Source: Halodesulfurarchaeum sp. (GTDB lineage Archaea; Halobacteriota; Halobacteria; Halobacteriales; Halobacteriaceae). From it: a stretch of 46,126 bases of DNA. A program made the position numbers and the translations under genes. Every line of letters begins with the position of its first letter. The first letter of the stretch is position 1. Location: positions 1-46,126 of the forward strand of contig JBDGRH010000070.1 in assembly GCA_042218225.1 (NCBI GenBank), given 5' to 3'. Positions 18,481 through 28,087 of the stretch are shown here, piece by piece. The notes below the pieces were generated by a model. The model worked only from the letters and a program-made list of their open reading frames with translations. It made no database searches and was not told the DNA's origin.

Positions 18481-19455
18481 TCAGTCGTGGCCGGAGACGG
18501 GCACCGGCTCGTAAGGCTCTTCGAGGTACTCCATATCGCTACTGGACAGGGAGATGTCGAGGGCCTCGACTGCCTGCTCCAGGTGCTCGACGCTGGTCGT
18601 CCCGACGATGGGGGCATCGACCCAGTCCTTCTGCAGGAGCCATGCGAGGGCGATCTGGGCCATCGTGACGTCCTTCTCGTCGGCAAGCTCCTCGACGCGA
18701 CGGTTGATCTCCCTGCCCCCGCCCTCTCTGTAGGGGTGTTGATACATGTGCTCCTCCGAATCCCCGCGGGTCGTGGCGTCGATGTCCTCGTGTGGGCGGG
18801 TGAGATAGCCGCGGGCCAGCGGTGACCAGGGAATGACGGCGACGTCCTCCTTGGCGGTCAGCGGCAGCATCTCTCGCTCCTCCTCGCGGTACACGAGGTT
18901 GTAGTGGTTCTGCATGGTCTGGAACCGGCTCAACCCCCGTCGCTCGCTTTCGTGGAGCGCTTCGGCGAACTGATGGGCCCACATGGAGCTGGCGCCGATG
19001 TATCTGACCTGTCCCCGTCGAACGGCATCGTCGAGCGCCCGGAGCGTGGTCTCTATCGGGGTGTCCTCGTCCCACCGGTGGATCTGGTAGAGGTCGACCG
19101 TCTCCATCCCCAGGCGGTCGAGACTGTTTTCGAGTTCCTGCTCGATCGCCTTCCGCGAGAGGCCACCGGAGTGGGGATTGTCCTCGTCCATCTGGAAGTA
19201 GCACTTCGTGGCCACCACGCTCTCCTCGCGGTATCCCTCGAGGGCGTTCCCCAGGACGCGCTCAGATTCCCCCTCGGAGTACATATTGGCGGTATCGAAG
19301 AAGTTGATGCCGAGGTCGATGGCCCGCTCGATGATGTCCATAGCTTCGTCCTCGTCCAGGACCCAGGGACGCCAGTCACTCGTCCCGAAGCTCATGCAGC
19401 CGAGACAGATGCGGCTGACCTCCATGCCCGTCCGTCCGAGGGTGGTGTACTCCAT
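18481..19455 (-). CDS. Aldo/keto reductase
   Basis: LGCMSFG, FFDTANMY, ATK, DLYQIHRWD, YIGASS and IPWSPLARG motifs. Confidence 0.95.
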   Translation of the reverse strand: MEYTTLGRTGMEVSRICLGCMSFGTSDWRPWVLDEDEAMDIIERAIDLGINFFDTANMYSEGESERVLGNALEGYREESVVATKCYFQMDEDNPHSGGLSRKAIEQELENSLDRLGMETVDLYQIHRWDEDTPIETTLRALDDAVRRGQVRYIGASSMWAHQFAEALHESERRGLSRFQTMQNHYNLVYREEEREMLPLTAKEDVAVIPWSPLARGYLTRPHEDIDATTRGDSEEHMYQHPYREGGGREINRRVEELADEKDVTMAQIALAWLLQKDWVDAPIVGTTSVEHLEQAVEALDISLSSSDMEYLEEPYEPVPVSGHD

Positions 19456-19635
19456 GGCCGCAGTACCCCAGGGAGAGGGGAAAAAGGTGGGGGACAGCGG
19501 ACCACTCGGCCTATATTAACAAATTGATAATAGTCAACTATCGGGCCCCCATCGGACCGGTTCGGTACACCGCGGAGTGTCGCTGAGGGTACAAAGGCCC
19601 GTAGACACCATCGTCGCTTCCATACGCCGGTGGGT

Positions 19636-20691
19636 CTACTCGGGGAGTCGCCCCGCTGCCGCTGCCTCCCTGATTGCATAGTACCCGACTGCGGCGGTAA
19701 CGGCCAGACCTCCGACGGTCCCGTAGCTGACGAGCGTCGGGCTTCCCACGGCGAGCTTGGCGACGACGTTTGGCGGACTCTCCGGGAGAAGCAACGTGGC
19801 GCCAAACAGGCCCAGGGCCAGGAAGGAGTAAAGGAGCTGTGCTTCACGTCTGACCCCGATCACGATCGAGAGCCCAGCTCCCAGAACCACGAGCACGCCC
19901 GCGAGAGCGGTGACGAGGACCAGGATGGCCAGGGGGTTCGCGATGGCGGTTCCATTGAGGCTGAGGAACGCGAACCAGAGTCCGGTCTGTGCCGGAGCGA
20001 GAGCCACCATCGCGATCGCTTTGCCGTCGACGATCGCCGGAAGGGACATGGGCGTTGCCCGCAAGAGGTCCAGCGTCCCACGTTCGATCTCCTCCGCGAG
20101 GGAATCCGTCGCGATCGAGCCACTGATGAATGCGGGAAGGAAGGCCAGCATCGGGACGAGGATCGTGTATGTGAACCCGAAGTATGGATTGGCATCGGGC
20201 CGAGGGGGGACGGGCAATGGGGATTTGCTGAGCCGATGGGAGAGCGCGAGTCGCCGCTGTCGCTCCATGGTCGAGAGGGCCTCCTTCACCTGGACGACGA
20301 TCAATGTCGTCCGGAAGTCACCCTCAGGGACGATCGCCCTGACGTGCACCTGCCCGTCGGGGGCCAACGTGGCGTGAAGCGCTGCATCGACCCGCCTCCC
20401 CGTGAAATCGGACATGAGGGCGCTCTGATTCTCGTACGTGATCGCCCGCCTGGACGGGCCCTCGTCGACATACGGGGCGAGCTCGTCGCTCGCGTTTCCG
20501 CTGACCCCGATATCAATTGTGTAGCCGCCCTGGGTGGCGCCCGGGTCGTAAAGCGAGACCAGCCCGACCACCAGGAACGACGAGAAGGCCGCGACGAACA
20601 GCTGGATGAGCAATGCAAGGACGATGGTCTTCTCGGCCCTTAGCGAAGCGAGCTCTCGCAACGCGAGCCGGAGTCGATTACGCAAGGGCAC
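19636..20691 (-). CDS. ABC-2 type exporter permease
   Basis: N-terminal TM, extracellular loop, DSLAEEIERGTLDLLRATP..GK motif and further TMs; GTG start overlaps the upstream permease stop. Confidence 0.88.
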   Translation of the reverse strand: MPLRNRLRLALRELASLRAEKTIVLALLIQLFVAAFSSFLVVGLVSLYDPGATQGGYTIDIGVSGNASDELAPYVDEGPSRRAITYENQSALMSDFTGRRVDAALHATLAPDGQVHVRAIVPEGDFRTTLIVVQVKEALSTMERQRRLALSHRLSKSPLPVPPRPDANPYFGFTYTILVPMLAFLPAFISGSIATDSLAEEIERGTLDLLRATPMSLPAIVDGKAIAMVALAPAQTGLWFAFLSLNGTAIANPLAILVLVTALAGVLVVLGAGLSIVIGVRREAQLLYSFLALGLFGATLLLPESPPNVVAKLAVGSPTLVSYGTVGGLAVTAAVGYYAIREAAAAGRLPE

Positions 20692-22555
20692 TCACCACCC
20701 CGAGGTTGTAGCCGAGGTGCACCATGCTAGAGACCACAAGACACCCGAGATAGGCGCTCCGGGAGCGACTCGCGCCGTACGCGGTGAAACTCGCAGTCGA
20801 AACGTGCAAGACGAGCGGCGCGATGAGGAGGAGGCCCGGCGACACCCCCAGGACCTGCGGGGCGAAGGCCACCCGTCCGAGCTCCAGGTCCGGAAGGCCG
20901 ACCAGCTGGGTGATCACCAGCAGCTTCTCGCCCAGGAAGAATCCGACTCCCGAGATGGCACCGAGCTGGAGGGCACTTCGCCACCCGGTGTCGAACTTCC
21001 GTCGCTCGAACCCGGCGAACACGTGGATGCTCTTCGCGACCTCCTCGATCACTGCCACCGCGCCCAAAAGGACCGGGATCGACAACGCGGTCGGGAGGAC
21101 GAAGAGGGTGGCGACGGTGAAGAGCTCGGCGACCAGGACGAACGGGATGAGGAGCGCCGTCCACAGGCCAACCCGCCAGCGCGCGGTGAGCGGGGCTGCC
21201 AGAGCGTCGAGGGCTTTTGAAGGGATGGGCCGCTGGGTGAACATATCCTCCTCCCGGTAGATACCCGTCCCCAGCACGAACAGGACGATGGCCGAGAGGC
21301 TCACCGGGACGGTCGCGATGGCGAACTGCCCCCATCCGATTGGTGCCCCCTGGAGGTCGCGGACGACGATCGTCAGTGGCGAGATGGCGGCGATGGGGTG
21401 GACCTCGGCGAACACCGCCGGGATGAAGGCGTACGCGGTGAGCGTGACGCTGATCGTCACGGTCACGAACGTAAGTTCCTTGAATGATCGGGCGAGCATC
21501 CCCGCGAGGAACGTCGCCGCCAGAAAGAGGGCGGCGAGAGGGGTGATGGCCAGGACCGTCAGGAGACCACCCCCGATCCCGAGTGCGATTGCGAGGGTGG
21601 TGGCGACCGCGAGGAGGAGGTACGGGAGGGTCTTCCCCAGCACGATATCGCCGCGGGAGATCGGGGAAACGAGCAGGGGTTCTCCCCGTCGGTCGATCCG
21701 CTCCTCCACGATGCTACTCCCGTATGCCTGGATGATGACGTTGAGCGGAAGCAGGAACACGAACGCGAGGAGGAGCGAGCGAAGGGGGAAGGGCGGGGAC
21801 AGGGAGGAGGGGGTCCCTGACTGCGCGGTGCCGAGCAACCCACCGAAAGGAGACTGGAGGGCGCCGTCGCCGGTTCTCCGGGACCCAGGCGAATCGCCAC
21901 TGGCGGGGCCATCGGGGGTTGACTGCCCGCCGGTCTCCGGAGGAGGTCGCTCCTCCGTCGCTCCCCCCGTCCCGACAGTCGCGTCAGTCTTTTCGGTCGT
22001 CTCTCGACCCACCGTTCCATCAGATTCTGATGGCGATGTGACACCACCTCCGGGACCCTCGCCGCCGGAAACTGGACCGGGTCCGCCCCGGAACTGGCCA
22101 GCTTGGATCGCGGCCTGTGGGAGGTACGTTAGGGTCACCTGCACGGGGAAGGCCGCGGCCCGATCAGGTTCATGTCGCATCAGCCGGTCGTTGTAGGCGA
22201 TGATGGCCTGCCGAAGGGCGCTGGCCGCGGCGCGTCCCTTCTCCGTGTCCGCCACGTACACCTGGGTTCCCCGTACCAGGATATCGACGGCATCGCTACC
22301 CACCCCAGTTCCCTTCTCCTGGACGAGCCGCAACTGGGGATCTGATTTGACCACCTCACTGTATGGACTGTCCTGTTGGATACGTACCCGGTACAGCCCC
22401 CGTCCCGGGGCTGGATCGACCGCGAGCACTGCGGGGACCAGCGCCGCCAGGAGGAGGACTGTGAGGAGCAACGCGAGGCCCACCCGGCGGTCGACGGACC
22501 CGAGGCTTCGCCTGGCTTCCCATCGGGCGATCCTGAAGGTCGGCCCCGGTTTCAT
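20678..22555 (-). CDS. ABC-2 type permease fused to a C-terminal PrsW-family intramembrane protease domain
   Basis: SIVEERIDRRGEPLLVSP..GK permease motif; C-terminal VIEEVAK, GFFLGEK, LHVST and VHLGYN match the PrsW EExxK / FxxxE / H / HxxxN motifs. Confidence 0.82.
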   Translation of the reverse strand: MKPGPTFRIARWEARRSLGSVDRRVGLALLLTVLLLAALVPAVLAVDPAPGRGLYRVRIQQDSPYSEVVKSDPQLRLVQEKGTGVGSDAVDILVRGTQVYVADTEKGRAAASALRQAIIAYNDRLMRHEPDRAAAFPVQVTLTYLPQAAIQAGQFRGGPGPVSGGEGPGGGVTSPSESDGTVGRETTEKTDATVGTGGATEERPPPETGGQSTPDGPASGDSPGSRRTGDGALQSPFGGLLGTAQSGTPSSLSPPFPLRSLLLAFVFLLPLNVIIQAYGSSIVEERIDRRGEPLLVSPISRGDIVLGKTLPYLLLAVATTLAIALGIGGGLLTVLAITPLAALFLAATFLAGMLARSFKELTFVTVTISVTLTAYAFIPAVFAEVHPIAAISPLTIVVRDLQGAPIGWGQFAIATVPVSLSAIVLFVLGTGIYREEDMFTQRPIPSKALDALAAPLTARWRVGLWTALLIPFVLVAELFTVATLFVLPTALSIPVLLGAVAVIEEVAKSIHVFAGFERRKFDTGWRSALQLGAISGVGFFLGEKLLVITQLVGLPDLELGRVAFAPQVLGVSPGLLLIAPLVLHVSTASFTAYGASRSRSAYLGCLVVSSMVHLGYNLGVVSALA

Positions 22556-23427
22556 GCCTCTCCCGCTCGATCCGTCACCTCGAGGAAGAGGTCCTCCAGC
22601 GAGGATTCCCTCGTCCGGATGTCGAGTACGTCACCACCCGCATCGGTCGCCTCCCGCCGGATGGTCTCGACCTCGTCCATCGAGTTCGCGACGGTGACGT
22701 GGAGGTCTCCCTCGGGTTCCGTCCCGTCGACCGGCACGTCCGTGAAGACCCGGTACTCGACAGTGCCGAATCGCGACCGGATCTCGTCCATCGTTCCCAC
22801 CGCCGCGATGGTGCCCGCGGTCATGATGGCGACACGGTCGCACACCGATTCGACGTGGTAGAGATCGTGGGCGCTGAACACGACGGTCTTCCCCCGGTCG
22901 GCGAGCTCCCGGGTGAACGCCACCACGGTGTTCGTGGTGATGGGATCGAGCCCGCTCGCGGGCTCATCGTATATCAGCACGGCAGGATCGTTCACCAGGG
23001 AGCGGGCGATAGCCACCTTCCGCTTCATCCCCTTCGAGAAATCACCGACTGGCCGGTCGCGGGCATCGAGCTCGAGGCGGTCCAGGGCGGCCTCGATGCG
23101 CCGGTTCGCCTCCTCCCGGGGGACGTTGTACAGGTCCGCGAAGAACCGGAGGTACGAGAGCGGCGTCATCTCGTCGTACAGCGGCGATTCCTCCGGCAGG
23201 AATCCCAGGCGCTGGCGCATCGCTGGGTCCTGTGGGTCGCGGCCGTCCACCTCGATGCGCCCCTCTGTCGGCTCGACCAGCCCGGCCAGCATCTTGAGCG
23301 TGGAGGTCTTCCCGGCACCGTTGGGGCCGACCAGGCCGAATACCTCCCCGGTTTCCACCTGGAGGTCGATCCCCCGGACGGCCCGCACGGCCCCATAGTC
23401 CTTGCGGAGCCCCTCCACGGTGATCAT
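22552..23427 (-). CDS. ABC transporter ATP-binding protein
   Basis: GPNGAGKT, FSKGMKRK, LIYDEP and SAH motifs; ATGA overlap with the permease. Confidence 0.96.
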   Translation of the reverse strand: MITVEGLRKDYGAVRAVRGIDLQVETGEVFGLVGPNGAGKTSTLKMLAGLVEPTEGRIEVDGRDPQDPAMRQRLGFLPEESPLYDEMTPLSYLRFFADLYNVPREEANRRIEAALDRLELDARDRPVGDFSKGMKRKVAIARSLVNDPAVLIYDEPASGLDPITTNTVVAFTRELADRGKTVVFSAHDLYHVESVCDRVAIMTAGTIAAVGTMDEIRSRFGTVEYRVFTDVPVDGTEPEGDLHVTVANSMDEVETIRREATDAGGDVLDIRTRESSLEDLFLEVTDRAGEA

Positions 23428-23607
23428 GTACGAACCCTGGCTCTCCGGCGTTTATGAGGCTTTGGCTCTCCCGGTGGGCCAGGTCTCTCCGCTCGCGACT
23501 CCCCGTCAGGTGCGTGACCCGTATTCGAACGCATCCGAAACGGACCCCACTGCCCACCTCGAATCCGGCAGACAGTTAGCCCGGGAGACAGTATCTCTCG
23601 CCGAACC

Positions 23608-24462
23608 GTGTCGGTTGACCCGTTGGACGTGATCGAATCCCGCTTCGTCGGCATGACACTCCTCGGTGGGGCGACTATTGCGGTGTATGGCGGAGCTGTG
23701 ATGCTGCTCACAGGGTCGCTGTCGGTGCTTTACGAGTTCCCCACGATAACCCCGTTCACCCTTCCGGGATACGTGTGGGACGTCCAGCTGGTCCCGCTCG
23801 TGGTTCCCGGCGTCCCGAACCCCTTCGAAACGTGGCTGCGCGACATCCTGGGGGCCGGGGTGTATTTTGCGCTCTGGGTCCTCTACTACCTCGGGCTTCT
23901 CGCATTCATCTCCGGGATCGCGATCGCGGTCGCCGGGATCGGCTCGACGCAATGGTCGGATCTCCTCCGGGCTCGAGCCCGACTCCTCCCGCTTCGACGG
24001 ATGCTGGTGGTCGGCGCACTGGTCGCCGGTGGGGCGATCCTCGTCTCACAGCCCACCATCAGAGACGCGTTTCTGGAAGGTGGCGTCGCCGTCACCCTCG
24101 GCGTCGGCGTGGCACTCGGATTCTTCCAGCTTGCGTGGACCGTGTATTTACGGGCCACCTCCCAGCTCCTCGTGTTCATCCTCTATCCCCTGATCGTGGG
24201 CGCCTTTCTCTTTCCCGTCGTCGCCGTGGCCGCTATCCTTCCCTGGCTCTCTCCGCACTTCCATGCGCTCAGTCGGGCGCTCGCCGGCTTCCTCCTCGAT
24301 ACCGTATTGGGTGTCGGGGACCTCGACGGGCTCCTCCGCGCCCGGTTCGATCTCACCGGGGAGAACGCGATCCTCGTGTGGGTCGGCATCGATATCGGCG
24401 TCGGATGGCTCCTCGGCCTTGCCCACCTCGCGGTTCGGTACGCACAGGAGGAGTTTCTGTGA
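23608..24462 (+). CDS. Hypothetical multi-pass membrane protein
   Basis: Several long hydrophobic segments and host-like codon usage; no recognised family; start uncertain. Confidence 0.7.
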   Translation: MSVDPLDVIESRFVGMTLLGGATIAVYGGAVMLLTGSLSVLYEFPTITPFTLPGYVWDVQLVPLVVPGVPNPFETWLRDILGAGVYFALWVLYYLGLLAFISGIAIAVAGIGSTQWSDLLRARARLLPLRRMLVVGALVAGGAILVSQPTIRDAFLEGGVAVTLGVGVALGFFQLAWTVYLRATSQLLVFILYPLIVGAFLFPVVAVAAILPWLSPHFHALSRALAGFLLDTVLGVGDLDGLLRARFDLTGENAILVWVGIDIGVGWLLGLAHLAVRYAQEEFL

Positions 24463-24583
24463 GCCCCGGCTGATCTACCCGTCTATAGGCCGTCCCTCGA
24501 ATGCGCGTATATGCATCGTCTTCCGCTCGCTCGCCGAATCCCGTCAAGGAGCCACCTCGGGGGGTGATGTCGCCGGTCCCCGT

Positions 24584-25966
24584 TCACTCGATCCGGTAAT
24601 CGGACTCGTGGATCTGGCAGACCCGCCCGTTCCGGTACCGGAACCGCTCCCATCGGTAGGCACCGTACAGCTTCAGAGCCGGGATTCCGGTCGATAGCGC
24701 CGCGCCCAGTGCCGGGATGGCGCCGTTCTGTCGCCGGAGCATCCGCTGCCCAATGGAGAACACCCGGTCCCAGTCCCCCGGTTGATACCCACGAACCAGC
24801 TCCGCGAGCGCCACGTTGCGCCGGATCTCGTCGCCGACGGCCGCCTGCCAGGCCCGATTGTACTCCGGGAGGGAGTCCTTGGCGGCGAGCTCCCCGGCCA
24901 GCGCCCCGGTCCTGAGCGCGAGGTGATCACCACCCTCGTGGAAGGCAGAGGTGGCGCCCATCGCCCCGCCGACGACCGCGATCGAAAGCTCGGTGGGGGA
25001 TTCGAGGGGGCGGGTCGAGGAGATGGCGTAGGTCTCCGTTCCATCGTCCTTGCCGTGTCCCCTTGTCACGAGGGGGAAGTCGGACTCGATGTCGTACTCG
25101 TCGCCGTATACCCGTTCGAGGAGCCGCCGTATGTACACACGTGGGGACGGGAGATCTTCGTCCTCCTCGTGGATCAGCGCGTAGTCCGTCGGCCGCTCCA
25201 GGTCGGCGCGTCGCATCCCGATCGGCATCGTGAGCCCCACGCGGCCGATCCGGTCCCGGTTCGGGAAGACCCACGGATAGGCAGTATGTCCGGGGATCCA
25301 GCCCCACCAGAACTTGAGTGTCCGCGGCTCGAAGGCCTCCTCGGGGAAGCGACGGTATTCCTGGTAGGCGACGTGATTGGCCGAACGGGGGGAGAGACGC
25401 TCCGAGACCTTCGCTCCCTCCGGGAGGAACTGATCGAGGACCGGCATGGTCTGCTGGCGCTGGGGACCGTCCGCCAGGATGAGGGCACCGGCTTCCACCT
25501 CGGATCCGTCAGCGAGGGTCAGCCGGTGGGTTACCGAGCCGTCGCGCTGCACTTCGACGTCTCTGACGCCGGTTCCGACCCGGTACTCCGCGCCAGCGGC
25601 CTCCGCCCGGTCGCGGAGCCAGTCGTCGAATCGGGCCCGATGGAACGTGAACCCGAAGTGAGGGTAAGAGGCGTCGATGCCCGTCTCGCGGAGCGTGAGG
25701 GACTCCGAGGGCCCGATGAACTCGGCCGCATCGAGAACCTGCTGGATCACGCCGTCGGGCATGGCCTCCGGGTCGAGGCCAGCGAGGTCCACCCAGTAAT
25801 CGAGGAACCCGGCGGCGTCGGTGGAGTCCGGCCCCAACTGGTCCCGGTCCGCCCGTGGGACCCCCCGCTCGAACACGACCGCATCTGCACCATTCAGGGC
25901 GGCGGCTCGCCCGGCGGCGGAGCCCCCGGGACCGCCGCCGACGATGGCCACGTCCACCTGTTCCAT
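24584..25966 (-). CDS. Geranylgeranyl-reductase-family FAD-dependent oxidoreductase
   Basis: DVAIVGGGPGG, RARFDDWL, LILADG and YPWVFP motifs; TTTAATA TATA ~26 nt upstream of ATG 25966. Confidence 0.85.
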   Translation of the reverse strand: MEQVDVAIVGGGPGGSAAGRAAALNGADAVVFERGVPRADRDQLGPDSTDAAGFLDYWVDLAGLDPEAMPDGVIQQVLDAAEFIGPSESLTLRETGIDASYPHFGFTFHRARFDDWLRDRAEAAGAEYRVGTGVRDVEVQRDGSVTHRLTLADGSEVEAGALILADGPQRQQTMPVLDQFLPEGAKVSERLSPRSANHVAYQEYRRFPEEAFEPRTLKFWWGWIPGHTAYPWVFPNRDRIGRVGLTMPIGMRRADLERPTDYALIHEEDEDLPSPRVYIRRLLERVYGDEYDIESDFPLVTRGHGKDDGTETYAISSTRPLESPTELSIAVVGGAMGATSAFHEGGDHLALRTGALAGELAAKDSLPEYNRAWQAAVGDEIRRNVALAELVRGYQPGDWDRVFSIGQRMLRRQNGAIPALGAALSTGIPALKLYGAYRWERFRYRNGRVCQIHESDYRIE

Positions 25967-26134
25967 GCCCACCGCTACCGGAGAGCCACTATTAAAGACC
26001 CCCGGATACCGGTGCGATTCGCGGTGGCTGATCCCTGGCCCCTCTGGGGTACGGACGAAATGACACCTCGACGTTGCTCCCATGGCGAGCAGACAACCCC
26101 ATTCCTAAGTACGCCGGTCTCGAATCGCCCGGCG

Positions 26135-27313
26135 ATGGCCACGCCGCCAGGGTTCGAATGGTTCGACGTGCTGCGGGGTTTCGGAACGCTGGAGGCCCGG
26201 ATCGTCCTGAGCGTCTCGGTGGTCCTGCTCGCCCTTATCCTCGTGGGCAAGCTCGCCCCGGCGACCGTCCACTGGCTGAACCAGCTCTTCGAGCGGTCCC
26301 TCGAGCAGGGGGATCTCCAGGAGACACTCGAGACCCTTCGCGAGTACACCCCGTGGTGGCTCTCCGCGCGCAGCGTCATCCGGGTCATCCAGGTGGCCGT
26401 CGTGGGGGTGACAGTGCTCGCGATCCTTGCAGTCTGGGGACAGCTCGCCCTCGTGGCGACACTGCTGGGGCTGCTTTCCATCTCGATGCCGGCACTGATT
26501 CAACTCGCGCTCACGGTGGGCCTGTTCGTCCTCGCGTACGTGGCGATCGACATCGTCGATACCTGGCTCACCGGCCTCACGGACCGCTCCGAGCGGTTCA
26601 GCAAGCACCAGGAGGAGGTCGCCTTCCGGGTCCTCCAGATCGTCGTCTTGGGCGCGGTCGGGATGATGGCGCTCTCGGTCTGGGGGATCGACCTCGGGGG
26701 CCTCCTCGTGGGGGCTGGGTTCCTCGGCATCGTGGTCGGGATGGCCGCCAGACAGACTCTCGGGTCGCTCATCGCCGGCTTCGTCCTCATGTTCTCCCGC
26801 CCCTTCGAGATCGGCGACTGGGTCCGCATCGGCGAGGAGGAGGGGATCGTCACGGAGATCTCCATCGTGAACACCCGCCTCGAGAACTTCGACGGGGAGT
26901 TCGTCGTCCTCCCGAACGACATCGTCAGCAACTCCACCATCGTGAACCGGTCGAAGAAGGGCCGGCTCCGGCTCCGGATCGAGGTCGGGATCGATTACGA
27001 CGCCGATCCCGATCGAGCCCAAGAGGTGGCGATCGCGGCCCTGAAAGACGTCGACCGGATCCTGACGGTGCCCCGTCCCCAGGCGGTGACACGGCGCCTG
27101 GGGGACTCCGCGGTGGTGATCGAGCTCCGCTTCTGGATCGACAAGCCGAGCGCGAGACGCCGGGCCCAGGCGATCAGCGCGGCCGTCCGTGCCGTCAAGC
27201 GGGCCTTCGACGAGGAGGGGATCAAGATCCCGTTCCCGCAGCGGGAGGTCACCGGCCGGGAGGAGGCAGGCGGCTTCCGGGTCGTCGATTCCAGGGGCCC
27301 GGACGAGGAGTGA
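26135..27313 (+). CDS. mscS: Small-conductance mechanosensitive channel
   Basis: GAGFLGIVVGMAARQTLGSLIAG, RPFEIGDWV, EGIVTEI, VLPN, GIDYDAD and GIKIPFPQRE motifs. Confidence 0.93.
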   Translation: MATPPGFEWFDVLRGFGTLEARIVLSVSVVLLALILVGKLAPATVHWLNQLFERSLEQGDLQETLETLREYTPWWLSARSVIRVIQVAVVGVTVLAILAVWGQLALVATLLGLLSISMPALIQLALTVGLFVLAYVAIDIVDTWLTGLTDRSERFSKHQEEVAFRVLQIVVLGAVGMMALSVWGIDLGGLLVGAGFLGIVVGMAARQTLGSLIAGFVLMFSRPFEIGDWVRIGEEEGIVTEISIVNTRLENFDGEFVVLPNDIVSNSTIVNRSKKGRLRLRIEVGIDYDADPDRAQEVAIAALKDVDRILTVPRPQAVTRRLGDSAVVIELRFWIDKPSARRRAQAISAAVRAVKRAFDEEGIKIPFPQREVTGREEAGGFRVVDSRGPDEE

Positions 27314-27321
27314 CGCTTCTC

Positions 27322-27378
27322 CCGGGCGATTCATCCGGGCGATTCATCCGGGCGATTCATCCGGGCGATTCATCCGGG
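27322..27378. repeat. 13-bp perfect tandem repeat (CCGGGCGATTCAT)x4 plus CCGGG
   Basis: Copies start at 27322, 27335, 27348 and 27361, between convergent mscS and methyltransferase genes. Confidence 0.97.
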
Positions 27379-28085
27379 GGTCTTGCTCCCGTCAGCCTGA
27401 CGAACCCGCGCCAGTGGGTTGATTCGTGGTACGGGTCTCCGCGCTCCCTGAGCGTTCGATGCGCCTGCTCCACGCGGGACCGGAGGGCCTCGTTCGCGGT
27501 CGTGTCGAAGTGGTCCCGGCTTCCCGGCGGCGCTGCCAGGATCACGAATGTGCGGAACCCGAGCTCGAGCGGTGTTCTGACCCCCTCTCGACCGGCGGCA
27601 TCGAGGAGGACCAGTCGCCCATCCGGGCCCAGGAGCGAGAGCCAGCGCTCGACCGCCGCTTCTGGGCGGTCGAGGACCCCCATTACAAAGGTCGAGAGGA
27701 TGGCGTCGAACGGGCCCCGTACGGGAGGTCTCTCGGCATCCCCCCTGATGAGAGCCGCGGATACGGATGGCTGGCGCGAGGCGGCCCGTCTGAGCATCCC
27801 CGTTGAGAGGTCCACCCCCACGTAGCCGCCATCCGGACCCAGGTGCCGGTCGAGGACGGGCAGGTTCCCGCCGGTCCCACAGCCCACCTCCAGAACCCGG
27901 GAATCGTCCTGGAGCTCGAGTGCATCGACCGCCCGCTGGCGCAAGCCGCGGAAGAGAACGGAAGACGCGAAGCGATCATAGGGGTGGGCGATGGCGCTGT
28001 AGAATCGCTCCACCCGAGCGCGGCGATGGGAACCAGGGCCGGTCCTCGGACCCTCACCGCGGGGTTGTCCGTCTCGCTCCGACAT
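27357..28085 (-). CDS. Class I SAM-dependent methyltransferase (UbiE/MenG-like)
   Basis: VLEVGCGTG, GVDLSTGML, GDAE, FDAILSTF and LGPDGRLVLLD motifs. Confidence 0.88.
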   Translation of the reverse strand: MSERDGQPRGEGPRTGPGSHRRARVERFYSAIAHPYDRFASSVLFRGLRQRAVDALELQDDSRVLEVGCGTGGNLPVLDRHLGPDGGYVGVDLSTGMLRRAASRQPSVSAALIRGDAERPPVRGPFDAILSTFVMGVLDRPEAAVERWLSLLGPDGRLVLLDAAGREGVRTPLELGFRTFVILAAPPGSRDHFDTTANEALRSRVEQAHRTLRERGDPYHESTHWRGFVRLTGARPPDESPG

Positions 28086-28087
28086 CG

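Noticed and set aside
24782-26134. Apparent 451-aa N-terminal extension of MscS (843-aa ORF)
   Set aside because: It is the antisense shadow of the GGR-family gene; MscS plausibly starts at 26135, about 27 nt after a CTAAG TATA-like box.
27322-27378. Tandem repeats here, at 129-195 and at 35907-35966 considered as CRISPR arrays
   Set aside because: No unique spacers between the units and no cas genes in the window.
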